From contig OZ024757.1 of assembly GCA_964016885.1 (NCBI GenBank), forward strand, positions 13,888,001 through 13,952,000: DNA of 64,000 nucleotides. The letters run 5' to 3'. A program made the translations under genes and the position numbers. Below are positions 25,131-37,560 of the stretch, piece after piece. Numbering within the stretch: position 1 is the stretch's first letter; each line of letters begins with the position of its first letter. The stretch is from Eledone cirrhosa. Its lineage: Eukaryota. The notes below the pieces were generated by a model. It did not search any database. It was not told the DNA's origin and was given only the letters and a program-made list of their open reading frames with translations.

Positions 25131-26372
25131 GTTATATTTGGAGAACGTCATGTTGTTATAATATTTTCAACGCTAGCCTGGATTAGACTGGTTTGTGCCA
25201 TTAGAGGCAAGTCGGGTTCGGTGACCATGTCCCACTCGTATAGGACTGTTTCTGGCCATTTACAATGTCTACTGGGAGAAAGGTTTTCATGTAATATTTG
25301 GAGAGGGTCATGTTGTTATAATATTTTCAACGCTAGCCTGGATTAGACTGGTTTGTGCCATTAGAGGCAAGTTGGGTTCGGTGACCATGTCCCACTCGTA
25401 TAGGACTGTTTCTGGCCATTTACAATGTCTACTGGGAGAAAGGTTTTCATGTAATATTTGGAGAGGGTCATGTTGTTATAATATTTTCAACGCTAGCCTG
25501 GATTAGACTGGTTTGTGCCATTAGAGGCAAGTTGGGTTCGGTGACCATGTCCCACTCGTATAGGACTGTTTCTGGCCATTTACAATGTCTACTGGGAGAA
25601 AGGTTTTCATGTAATATTTGGAGAACGTCATGTTGTTATAATATTTTCAACGCTAGCCTGGATTAGACTGGTTTGTGCCATTAGAGGCAAGTTGGGTTCG
25701 GTGACCATGTCCCACTCGTATAGGACTGTTTCTGGCCATTTACAATGTCTACTGGGAGAAAGGTTTTCATGTAATATTTGGAGAGGGTCATGTTGTTATA
25801 ATATTTTCAACGCTAGCCTGGATTAGACTGGTTTGTGCCATTAGAGGCAAGTTGGGTTCGGTGACCATGTCCCACTCGTATAGGACTGTTTCTGGCCATT
25901 TACAATGTCTACTGGGAGAAAGGTTTTCATGTAATATTTGGAGAGGGTCATGTTGTTATAATATTTTCAACGCTAGCCTGGATTAGACTGGTTTGTGCCA
26001 TTAGAGGCAAGTCGGGTTCGGTGACCATGTCCCACTCGTATAGGACTGTTTCTGGCCATTTACAATGTCTACTGGGAGAAAGGTTTTCATGTAATATTTG
26101 GAGAGGGTCATGTTGTTATAATATTTTCAACGCTAGCCTGGATTAGACTGGTTTGTGCCATTAGAGGCAAGTTGGGTTCGGTGACGATGTCCCACTCATA
26201 TAGGACTGTTTCTGGCCATTTACAATGTCTACTGGGAGAAAGGTTTTCATGTAATATTTGGAGAGGGTCATGTTGTTATAATATTTTCAACGCTAGCCTG
26301 GATTAGACTGGTTTGTGCCATTAGAGGCAAGTTGAGTTGGGTGACCATGTCTCACTCCTATAGGACTGTTTC
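25131..26372. repeat. 160-bp tandem repeat (~7.7 copies), chimeric TE-derived unit
   Basis: Period 160 (25141, 25301, 25461...). Confidence 0.95.
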
Positions 26373-26519
26373 TTCCTGACATCATCCACTTTACAGTGTG
26401 TACTGGGAACATGGTTTTTACGACTGAATGCCCTTTCTAACACCAACCATTTTACAATGTCTACTGGGAGAAAGGTTTTCATGACTGAATGCCCTTGCTG
26501 ACATCAACCACTTTACAGT

Positions 26520-27285
26520 GTGTGGTGGTGATGATGGTAGTGTTGATGGTTGTGTTGTTGCTGTTGGTGATGGTGACGGTGGTGGGACTGCAGTAGTGTT
26601 GGTGGTTGTGTTGTTTCTGTTGGTGGTGATGGTGGAGGTTGTGGTGGTAGTGTTGATGGTTGTGGTGTAGCTGTTGGTGATGGTGATGGTGACGGTGGTG
26701 GGACTGCAGTAGTGTTGGTGGTTGTGTTGTTGCTGTTGATGATGGTGATGGTGGAGGTTGTGGTGGTAGTGTTGATGGTTGTGTTGTTGTTGCTGTTGGT
26801 GATGGTGACGGTGGTGGGACTGCAGTAGTGTTGGTGGTTGTGTTGTTTCTGTTGGTGTTGGTGGTGGAGGTTGTGGTGGTAGTGTTGATGGTTGTGTTGT
26901 TTCTGTTGGTGGTGATGGTGGAGGTTGTGGTGGTAGTGTTGATGGTTGTGGTGTTGCTGTTGGTGATGGTGACGGTGGTGGGATTGCAGTAGTGTTGGTG
27001 GTTGTGTTGTTTCTGTTGATGATGGTGATGGTGGAGGTTGTGGTGGTAGTGTTGATGGTTGTGGTGTTCCTGTTGGTGATGGTGACGGTGGTGGGATTGC
27101 AGTAGTGTTGGTGGTTGTGTTGTTGCTGTTGATGTTGGTGGTGGTGATGGTGGAGGTTGTGGTGGTAGTGTTGATGGTTGTGGTGTTCCTGTTGGTGATG
27201 GTGACGGTGGTGGGATTGCAGTAGTGTTGGTGGTTGTGTTGTTGCTGTTGATGATGGTGATGGAAATAGTGTTGGTGGTGGAGGT
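26520..27285. repeat. GGT/GTT-rich higher-order repeat
   Basis: Recurring ggtgacggtggtggga(c/t)tgcagtagtgttggtggttgtg. Confidence 0.9.
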
Positions 27286-27743
27286 TTGCTTCACCATACA
27301 TACATATATATCCAGCCCCTTACCCCCTTCTCTCTGTCCATGTCACCCTCTATTCACACTTCCTTCCCATCACCACCCATGCTTCTGATATCCTCCCACA
27401 CTTCTCTGTCCAGAGTTTTTTGAAGAAAAAAAAACAACTCTCCTTTTCTATAATTTCTCATGAGAAATCTCTTTAAATTATATATTCTTGCCAAACACAA
27501 TAAATAATTAAGAATAATTAATAATTAATTATGATGCTGATGCTGATGATAGTTAATAATTTTCTCTGGCTTATGAATCTAAATTTTCATATCTAATTTA
27601 AAAAAAAAGAAAGGTTATTGTTCTTGTTATGACATGTGGGTGTGGTTGTTGCTGTTGTTGTTGTTGCATTAGTCATGTTTTTACTGCATGCATTCACAAG
27701 TGCAGCAGTGTCTAATGTGTGTATGTACAGTGATTTATTTAGT

Positions 27744-28515
27744 ACTGACTGGTGCTCCGTTACTTACTACGACGAGTGTTCCAGTTGATTCAATCAACAG
27801 AACAGAACAGCCTGATTGTGAAATTAACGTGCAAGTGGCTGAGCATTCCACAGACATGCATATCCTTAACCCCATTAACGCAAGTACCACCATTCAGACA
27901 GGAGCTGTAAGAAAACAAAAAAACAACAAATTCAGATATTAGGTTAACCCTTTAGCATGAAACATTACTCTATATTTACTATTGTATTTTCGGGATAAAA
28001 GCTTTATCTCGCATAATATCGTATCTATGAGATTTTGATATTATTTAATTTGATAAAAATACCTTACCATCAGTATGACCCCATTAACCCCATTAACGCA
28101 ATTAATATATTATTTGATATTATTTAATTTGATAAAAATACCTTACCATCAGTATGAGTGGCCAGTTACAGCCAGTTTGAACAGAAAGAGGTGAGAGAAT
28201 TCTGGCCGGATACAGCCAGTTTAACCCTTTAGCATTTACATTACCATGAAAATACAATAGTAAATATAGAGTAAAGGCTTTATCTCACATAATTATCTCA
28301 CACAATATTGAATCTATGAGATTTTGATGTTATTTGTTTTGAGAACAATACCTTAACATCAGTATGAGAAGCTGGTTACAGCCAGTTTGAACACAAAGAG
28401 GTGAGAATTCTGGCTGGATATGGCTGGTTTAAATGCTAAAGGGTTAATGTAGTTCTCAAGGTGATTCAGCCATGACATAGAATGTGACAAAGCTGGCCCT
28501 TCGAATTACAAGTAC
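27744..28515 (-). mobile_element. SINE (Nin/Deu-domain-like) split at a TTAA by nested piggyBac-type MITEs
   Basis: ...aacagcctgattgtgaaattaacgtgcaagtggctgagcattccacagac...ccTTAA, then resumes TTAAtgtagttctcaagg...gctggccc at 28444. Confidence 0.6.
28221..28447. mobile_element. piggyBac-type MITE (TTAA TSD, CCCTTTAGCATTT TIR)
   Basis: ttaa-ccctttagcattt...aaatgctaaaggg-ttaa; a further copy lies at 27944-28223. Confidence 0.88.
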
Positions 28516-29372
28516 TATAAGATGGTGCATTTGATTCCTGGTTTGGGTGGCACATTGTGTCCTTGAGCAAGATGCTTCATTTCATATTGCTCCAGTTTCA
28601 CTTAGTTTAAGATAAAAATGAACCCCAATGGTAGCTAGGAGTTAACCTCTGCCTCTGTTACAGACTGATACCCACCCAAGGGAAGGTTTTTTTTATGATA
28701 GAACTGGGAGCCAATATATCTAAAACACTCAAAACTCTTCCTATGAGAAGCAACCACATGGTTTTGGATTGTATCCCACTAGACACCACCTTAGGCAAGT
28801 GTCAGGCATGCCCCATGTGATGCTAGCTTAGAGATTCTTTTACTAAGATTCATATGTTAACCGGATTTAGAATGACATCAAAAATACTCAGCTACGGCAT
28901 ATTATCATTATATAATCATTATAATGAGATAACGGTTGTCTGATGAGATCTCCCTACCATGGTTTCATATGGAGAAGAATTCTTATTGGAACCACCAATA
29001 ATTGAAGAATCCACCATACTCTTCAGGGGAGTTTAATTCTTCAACAGATCTATATATAAGCGAGTTTAGATAGAATACTTTTTTCGTCTATCTTGTTTAT
29101 ACTCCCATAATTAGTTTTTTCTCACTCAATTTCAATATATTATATATATATATCCCTTCCATATACTGTACCGATTGTATTGTTATTTCTGTTTACCTTT
29201 TACATACACATATATATATATATATAGGAACGAGTAGGACCCCGACGGCTGAGCTCAAGCCGTTTCCACGGCTAATTCTGGACTGAGTACTTTGGTGCGT
29301 TATGGTCCACCTGGTTCCTTACCACATTTCCTTTGTTATATATATATATATATATATCATCATATATATATA

Positions 29373-29610
29373 TCATCATCATCATCGTTTAACATCTATC
29401 TTCCACGCTAGCATGGGTTAGACGTGAATTGTCCCACATGAGGCAAGATTGATCGGGTGGCATTGTCTCACTCGTATAGGACTGAAAACCTGCCAGATAC
29501 AGTCCTATACGAGCGAGACACGGTCACCCAATCAATCTTGCCTCAAGTGGGACAATTACCATCTAACCCATGCTAGCGTGGAAGATAGATGTTAAACGAT
29601 GATGATGATA
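29373..29610. mobile_element. Inverted pair of RTE-type 3' tails (fold-back)
   Basis: (ATC)n...gtataggactg | 15 bp | cagtcctatac...(GAT)n. Confidence 0.85.
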
Positions 29611-29630
29611 TGTATATATGAATATATATA

Positions 29631-29663
<33 letters not shown>

Positions 29664-29928
29664 GTGTGTGTGTGTGTGTGTACTTTTCTCCATGTACCAA
29701 CATAAGTTCTGCATGAATCATACCTGGAATAATCACTGCACCTAGTGCGACTCTTGTAACCCACACACATCTTCTTGGCATTGTTGTTGTTGTTGGTAGT
29801 GGTGGGAGTGTTCTTGAAGACCTATATTCCAAGGTGTCATTATATTTTCTCACACATATGCACATATAATGTGGGTATATATATATATATATTTGTGCTT
29901 CTGTGTGAGAAAAAAATTATATATATAA

Positions 29929-29985
<57 letters not shown>

Positions 29986-30336
29986 CCCACCCTTGCAAGC
30001 AGGGAAAAGCGGACGTAAAATGATGATGATGATGATATATATATATATATATTCATATTCATATATGCAGTATACACACTCATATGTACATGCCAATAAA
30101 CATAGTCATACATGTATCCATGCATGCGTAAGAAATGGTTTAGTTAGTTAATAAATGTTTTTAAAAAGATCTGTATGAAATACAAAGGTTCATCAGATAT
30201 AGGTGAAAGATATGACTTCAGTGATTAAGATTCCTGTTAACCTTTTCAACATCAATCTACATGAAATCACTTATTATATATATATTTGTATTCTTCTAAT
30301 GTTCTTGTGACAAAGTTTTGATCTTATATTTGTGTT

Positions 30337-30565
30337 TAATCCTTTAGCATTTACATTACTCTATATTTACTATTGTATTTTTCGTGGTAAAGGCTTTATT
30401 TTACATAATTACCTCACATAATATGAACTCAATGAGATTTTGATGTTATTTATTTTGAGAACAATACCTTAACATCAGTATGAGTGGCCGGTTATGACGG
30501 ATTTAAAAAGAAAGAGGTGAGAGAATTCTGGCCGGATACAGCCGGTTTAAATGCTAAAAGGTTAA
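30337..30565. mobile_element. piggyBac-type MITE
   Basis: Same family; TTAA at both ends. Confidence 0.85.
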
Positions 30566-30677
30566 CTTTTGTTATTAACTCCGATGATTCTGGCCTTGTG
30601 CTAGGATGAAATGATCGTTAGTTATTAAATGTTTGAAAGATTAAACACTTTTTAATTATTATTTACATTGTAAAGAC

Positions 30678-30868
30678 AGTGAATTGGCAGTATCGGTAGA
30701 GGGGCGGACGCCATGCTTTCCAGCATAATTACATCCCTTTACGGTTTGAGTTCAAATCCCGCCGAGGTTAACTTTGCCTTTCATCCTTACGATGGTCGAT
30801 AAAAAAAAAAGTACCAGTAATGCACTGGGATAATTGTTGGCCTTGTGCCAAAAGTAGAACCAATTATT
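30678..30868 (+). mobile_element. SINE family 2
   Basis: TGGCAGTATCGGT A box, GAGTTCAAATCC B box, Meta-like core. Confidence 0.88.
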
Positions 30869-30956
30869 TACATTGTATTTCAGCTCTGTATTATACTTGT
30901 TATTTTACATCGAGCTATATTCATACTTGGAACTGGGTAATATTTAATATTACTCA

Positions 30957-31024
<68 letters not shown>

Positions 31025-31142
31025 TGAGTAATATTAAATATTACTCAGTAATAATATATATATATATATATGACACACACAGAAACAAAATGGCGTAGGA
31101 CAGAACAAAGGAGAGGCACAGAAACAAAGAAAGGAATCCCCA

Positions 31143-31185
31143 GTCACTGAAGAGGTCACAGAGTGTGTGACGAAAGAACTATGAC
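31143..31185 (+). ncRNA. Candidate minimal type I hammerhead ribozyme
   Basis: gtca CTGAAGA g gtcaca-gagtg-tgtgac GAAA gaac TA tgac; stems I and II pair. Confidence 0.65.
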
Positions 31186-31324
31186 AATATATAAACAACT
31201 ATCTGGTTGTGGAACCAACCAACCAACCAACCAGAAATTTATAAATTTATAAATATATAATAAATTGAAGTGAAACCAACTGGTGCGTGTGTTTCTTATT
31301 GGCAACATGACCCTCCCAAAGTAT

Positions 31325-31386
<62 letters not shown>

Positions 31387-31523
31387 CTATACTTTATATA
31401 TATAAAAATGAGAAAACTCATTGCTAGGGCAGCCGTTAAAACAGCTAAATGCTGTCAAAGACAGCAATAAGCAAAAATGCTTAAGAGGTGTCCTCTGAGG
31501 CATATTTCACAGCATTAGTTGTT

Positions 31524-31820
31524 TTAACCCTTTAGCATTTAAACCGGCTGTATGTACCCGGTCAGAATTCTCACCTCTTTCTGTTCAAACCAGCCTTAAC
31601 CAGCCACTCATACTGACATTAAGGTATTGTTATTAAAATAAATAACATCATCAAACTCTCGTAGATTCCATATTATGTGAGGTAAAGCCTTTACCATGAA
31701 AATATAATAGTAATGTTTAACCCTTTAGCATTTAAACTGGCTGTAACTGGCGAGAATTCTTTCACCCCTCTCTGTTCAAACTGGCCATAACTGGCTGCTT
31801 ATACTTATGTCAAGGTATAT
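31524..31820. mobile_element. Two adjacent piggyBac-type MITE copies (second partial)
   Basis: ttaaccctttagcatttaaac at 31524 and at 31717. Confidence 0.8.
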
Positions 31821-32531
31821 CACTGCTACAGCCTGATGATGTCTGTCACCCCTATACAAGTAACTAGAGCAGGTTGGTTGTTATTTGACTGAGAAGGCTC
31901 GGGTCTGGTTTTGAAGGATGTGATTGAATTTAATTTATGGCAGATGTGATACAGTTTTGTAGGGTGGTTTGGATATAGGATTATAATCTGCTCGAGTTTG
32001 TGGATAGAATGAGTATGGTTTAGATTTGTTTATGTTCTAGTTGTGGCATGTACAGTCTTAGGTATATAGGATCTCAGTACATAGAAATTTGTCCTTTATT
32101 ATTGAGTTTATTAATCCCCTTTTGTTATACATATATATGGCTGTGTATATATGCATGTGTGTGTATATATATGTATATATATACATATATGTGTGTGTAT
32201 ATATATGTATATATATACATATATGTGTGTGTATATATATGTATATATATACATATATGTGTGTGTATATATGTATATACATATATACGAAGCAGATTTT
32301 CCTATACGAAAATTTGCTTTGTAGAATCAATATCTGAGGACCTTGCGATTTTCAGAGTCAGGTCCGATCATCACATCGATCGTGCCTCGAGCTGGTCACC
32401 AGAGAAACGATTGTAATATGTCCAATAAATTCCATTCGTCGCAACACTGATTGTCTTTTTTCTGTGATATATATGCACACATATATGTGTGTGTATATAT
32501 ATATGTATATATGTGTGTATATAAGTGTGTG

Positions 32532-32571
<40 letters not shown>

Positions 32572-32685
32572 TATGTATACACATGCACATATGTACACAC
32601 ATATATATATATATACATACAGAGAGAGAGAGAGACGCATGTATATAGAGACACACACACATATATAATAAATGTGTGTGTGTCT

Positions 32686-32722
<37 letters not shown>

Positions 32723-32921
32723 CAAACAAATGTCCCACTCTTCACACACATAAAATCACCTTTCAGTATATATGTAGTGTATATATGTAAACACTTTGAA
32801 ATATTGGTGGTGCTGGTATAAAAGAAATTTTTGTTTTACTCAAGTGACTAAGCAACTGTTTAAACTTGTAACTGTTTTCTTTTTAAGGAAGGTAAATATT
32901 TGTTCATTTATAGATTTACAT

Positions 32922-32936
32922 TGTGTGTGTGTATAC

Positions 32937-32987
<51 letters not shown>

Positions 32988-33121
32988 CATATATATATAT
33001 GTATATACATATATATACATACATAATACATATATATATATGTATATACATATATATACATACATAATACATATATATATATATATTTATATATATATAT
33101 ATATGTATATATATTTATATT

Positions 33122-33152
<31 letters not shown>

Positions 33153-33185
33153 TTATATATATATATATTTATATATATATATATT

Positions 33186-33218
<33 letters not shown>

Positions 33219-33303
33219 TTATATATACATATGTATATATATATTTATATATACATATGTATATATATATTTATATATATATGTATATATATATTTATAT
33301 ATG

Positions 33304-33334
<31 letters not shown>

Positions 33335-33337
33335 TTT

Positions 33338-33368
<31 letters not shown>

Positions 33369-33369
33369 T

Positions 33370-33400
<31 letters not shown>

Positions 33401-33401
33401 T

Positions 33402-33436
<35 letters not shown>

Positions 33437-33747
33437 TTATATATACATATATATATATATATGTATATATATATTTATATATACATATATATATATATAT
33501 GTATATATATATTTATATATACATATATATATATATATGTATATATATATTTATATATATATATGTATATATATATTTATATATACATATATATATATAT
33601 ATTTATATATATATTTATATATATATATTTATATATATATTTATATATATATATATATGTATATATATATTTATATATACATATATATATATATATGTAT
33701 ATATATATTTATATATACATATATATATGTATATATATATTTATATT

Positions 33748-33780
<33 letters not shown>

Positions 33781-33819
33781 TTATATATACATATATATAT
33801 GTATATATATATTTATATT

Positions 33820-33850
<31 letters not shown>

Positions 33851-33857
33851 TTATATT

Positions 33858-33888
<31 letters not shown>

Positions 33889-34240
33889 TTATATATACAT
33901 ATATATATATATATTTATATATATATGTATATATATATATATATGTATATATATATTTATATATACATATATATATATATATGTGTATATATATATTTAT
34001 ATATACATATATATATATATATGTATATATATATTTATATATATACATATATATATATATGTATATATATATTTATATATATATATATATTTATATATAC
34101 ATATATATATATATATGTATATATATATTTATATATACATATGTATATATATATTTATATATACATATATATATATATATATGTATATATATATTTATAT
34201 ATATACATATATATATATATACATAATACATACATATATA
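32922..34240. repeat. TA-rich compound microsatellite
   Basis: Direct reading. Confidence 0.97.
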
Positions 34241-34538
34241 TAACGAAGGAGTTGTTGAATTTAGTCCAGAAATAGCTCTGCCTACGGGGTCATACTTTTT
34301 CCTATATATACATACATACATACATACATAATTGTTAAAGTATGTGTTAGGGTATCACCGACACTATTGTACGTATGATACAGCCCTCCACAGAGTACAC
34401 AACTGCGTAGTATCATTATAATAATGAAATACAAGTCAACAGGTTAGAATATTTACTAAATTTATTCACAATCGCTGTTATACAGGTGTATTATTTATTT
34501 TTCCTTCATGTCCTTCTGTTTTCTTTGTTCAACATCTA

Positions 34539-34682
34539 GCTGTCTGATGAGGTCATAACTGTTGCAGAACAGTTGTCACCGAAATACCAGGTCGTCAAGT
34601 ATGAAATTTGTAGAAAAAAAAAACATATGACCATATGTCTCACTACAAATTTCATAGTTGACGACCCAATATATATAACAGT
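34539..34682 (+). ncRNA. Candidate type I hammerhead ribozyme interrupted in stem III by a MITE
   Basis: gctgt CTGATGA ggtcataactgtt-gcag-aacagttgtcacc GAAA ta[83-bp hairpin]tatata TA acagt. Confidence 0.65.
34587..34669. mobile_element. Tc1/mariner-type mini-MITE with TA flanks
   Basis: TA-ccaggtcgtcaagtatgaaatttgtag ... ctacaaatttcatagttgacgacccaa-TA. Confidence 0.6.
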
Positions 34683-34826
34683 GATTATGAATTGATGAAT
34701 TAAATTCTAACCTGTTGGCTTGTACTTCATTGTTGCGTGCGTGCGTGCACTCAAATCCCGCTGAGCTTAATTTTGCCTTTCATCCTGACAGGGTCGATAA
34801 AATAAAGCACCAGTAATGTACTGGGG

Positions 34827-37098
34827 TAATTAATCCTTCATCTATGGCATTTAATTGAGAGGGAGTTGGTGGAGGGATCAGGCAGGTGCAAAATAAGGTA
34901 GTGGTGGTGGTGGTGGTGGTTGTGTTAGTGATGGGTAGAAGTAGGGGTGGTGGTGGTGGTGATGGTGTTGGTAATGGTAATGATGGCAATAGTGATTGTG
35001 GTGGTGATCTTAGGGATGGTGTTGGTGGTGATGGTGTTGGTAGAGGTGTTGTTGGTGGTGGTGGTAGTGTTGATGGTAGTGATGTTGGTGGTTGTTGTAT
35101 TGGTGTTGATGGTAGTAGTAGTGGTGGTGGTGTTGATAATTGTGGTGGTGGTGTTGATGGTAGTGGTGGTGGTGTTGATGGTAGTGGTGGTGGTGTTGAT
35201 GGTAGTGGTGGTGGTGTTGATAGTGGTGGTGGTGTTGATAGAAGTGGTGCTGGTGTTGGTGGTGGTGGAGGTGTTGATGGTAGTTGTGGTGGATGTGTTG
35301 ATGGTAGTGGTGATGGTGTTGATGGTAGTAGTGGTGGTTGTGTTGATGATGGTAGTGGTGGTGGAGGTGTTGATGGTAGTAGTGGTGGTTGTGTTGATGG
35401 TAGTGGTAATGGTGTTGATGGTAGTGGTGATGTTGTGTAATGAGAAACTACTAATTATTGACAATCAACAGATGTCAAATTGTTCTGTAAAATAATTAAA
35501 GACAATTAGAAAAGAAGTTGACAAATTCACATGGGTCACAGAATAGGCACAAATACACATACACCACATACTGACACCACATGCATACACACATGCCCCC
35601 CCCCCCCACACACCACATGCAGACTCACACACACTCACACATGTCGCTATATGATTGGCACACACACACACAACACTACATGTTTGACACACACACACGT
35701 TGCCACATGATTAGCACACACACATGTGGCCACATGATTAGCGCACACACACACATGTGGCCTCATGATTAGCAGGCACACATGAGATACAGAGGAAGGA
35801 TCAACTGGACTAAGATCAAACCAGACTTGATCCAACATACTCATTATGATCAAAAGGGTTCTAATCATGACCCCCTCCTCTGTAATTTTCAGGCATGGCA
35901 TATGTAGGCTCTAGAATACCAGTGATAGAAGGGGATGTAGGCTCTTGGCTATTGTCAGGTTTTCCTTAACCATGTGGCTACTGTCTTGTGATGGCGGGAA
36001 TATTTGAAAATATGGTTTTAACTGTCACTTTCTCTCTGCCTGCCTGTCTGTCTCTCTCTCTCTCTCTGTCTCTCTAAGCAGTGTCATTGAAGACACACTG
36101 GATTAATCTATCTATTCCAGTCTGGGTCAGCCATGGATTAAATTTGTAGGGAGGTGAGGCCTGCCGGGAGGGGCAGTAGAAGGTTTAGATGAACTTAAGA
36201 ATGAAGACACATACACACATACACACACACATGTGTGTGATATCTTTGTAAGAGACCCAGTTTCATGTGAGGCAGATTAAAGAAAGCAGTGTGTGCACAA
36301 AGAAAATCCCCACCACCACCGTCACCAACATCATCACTACCACCATCACTCTCACCACCATCACCACCACCACACCAGCAACATCACCACCATCACCCTC
36401 ACCATCATTATCAACAATCATCACCACCACCACATTGCCCCAAGAAATGGTTTATATTGCATGACGATGTCTTAATGAATCCCCTAGGCATTCACTACAG
36501 TACTGGTTCCCTGAGTGTAGTACTACCATCAACACTACCACCACTACCATCAACACTACCATCACTACTATCAACACCACCACCACTACTATCACCATCA
36601 CCACTACTATCAACACCACCACCACTACTATCAACACCACCACCACTACTATCAACACCACCACCACTACTATCAACACCGCCACCACTACTATCAACAC
36701 CGCCACCACTACTATCAACACCACCACCACTAGCATCAACACTACCACCACCACCACACCACCAACAACACCTCTACCATCAACACCACTACACCAACAA
36801 CACCAATACAATAGCCATCAACACCACCACTACAAACACCACCAACACCACTACTACCAACACCATCATCACCAACACCATCCCTAAGATCACCACCACA
36901 ATCACTATTGCCATCATTACCATTACCAACACCATCACCACCACCACCCCTACCTCTACCCATCACTAACACTACCACCACCACCACCCATCATTAACAC
37001 CACCACCACCACCACCACCACCACTACCTTATTTTGCACCTGCCTGATCCCTCCACCCACTCCCTCTCAATTAAATGCCATAGATGAAGGATTAATTA
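34827..37098. repeat. Inverted duplication (core arms ~34827-35045 and ~36855-37098, extended by GGT/ACC satellite)
   Basis: taattaatccttcatctatggcatttaattgagagggag...aggcaggtgcaaaataaggtag and its reverse complement. Confidence 0.9.
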
Positions 37099-37340
37099 TC
37101 TGATTATACTACTGTTAATTATTGTATCAATGATGTGAAAGCATGTGGCCAAGTGGTTAGGGTGTTGAACTTCTGATCATAAGTTTGTGAGTTCACTTCC
37201 TGGATTGAGCAGAAGTGTTGAGCAATACACTTCATTTCACATTGCTCCAGTTCACTGACTTGGAAAAATGAAATGAGAATATCAGCTGGGCAGTATACCA
37301 GTAGAGATCCTTCTTATGATAGGACTGGAGCCCCTTATCA

Positions 37341-37547
37341 TTAACCCTTTAGCATTTAAACCAGCCGTATCAGGCCAGAATTCTCTCACCTCTTTCTGTT
37401 TAAACTGGCTGTAACTGGTCACTCATATTGATGTCAAGGTATTGCTCTCAAAATAAATATCAAAATCTCATCGATTTGATATTATGCGAGATAGTTTTAC
37501 TGTAAAATATAATAGTATATAGAGTAATGTAAATGCTAAAGGGTTAA
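37341..37547. mobile_element. piggyBac-type MITE, complete
   Basis: TTAA TSDs and TIRs intact. Confidence 0.9.
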
Positions 37548-37560
37548 AACAGTATGAGCC

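Noticed and set aside
28934-29060. Hammerhead candidate ggttgt CTGATGA gatct...agatc tatatata
   Set aside because: GAAA is absent and no stem I partner exists; at best a dead relic.
30165-30200. Minus-strand CTGATGA
   Set aside because: No properly placed GAAA or stem I partner.
34886-35495. Gly-rich GVDGSGG repeat ORF
   Set aside because: GGT satellite within the inverted duplication; no splice or start context.
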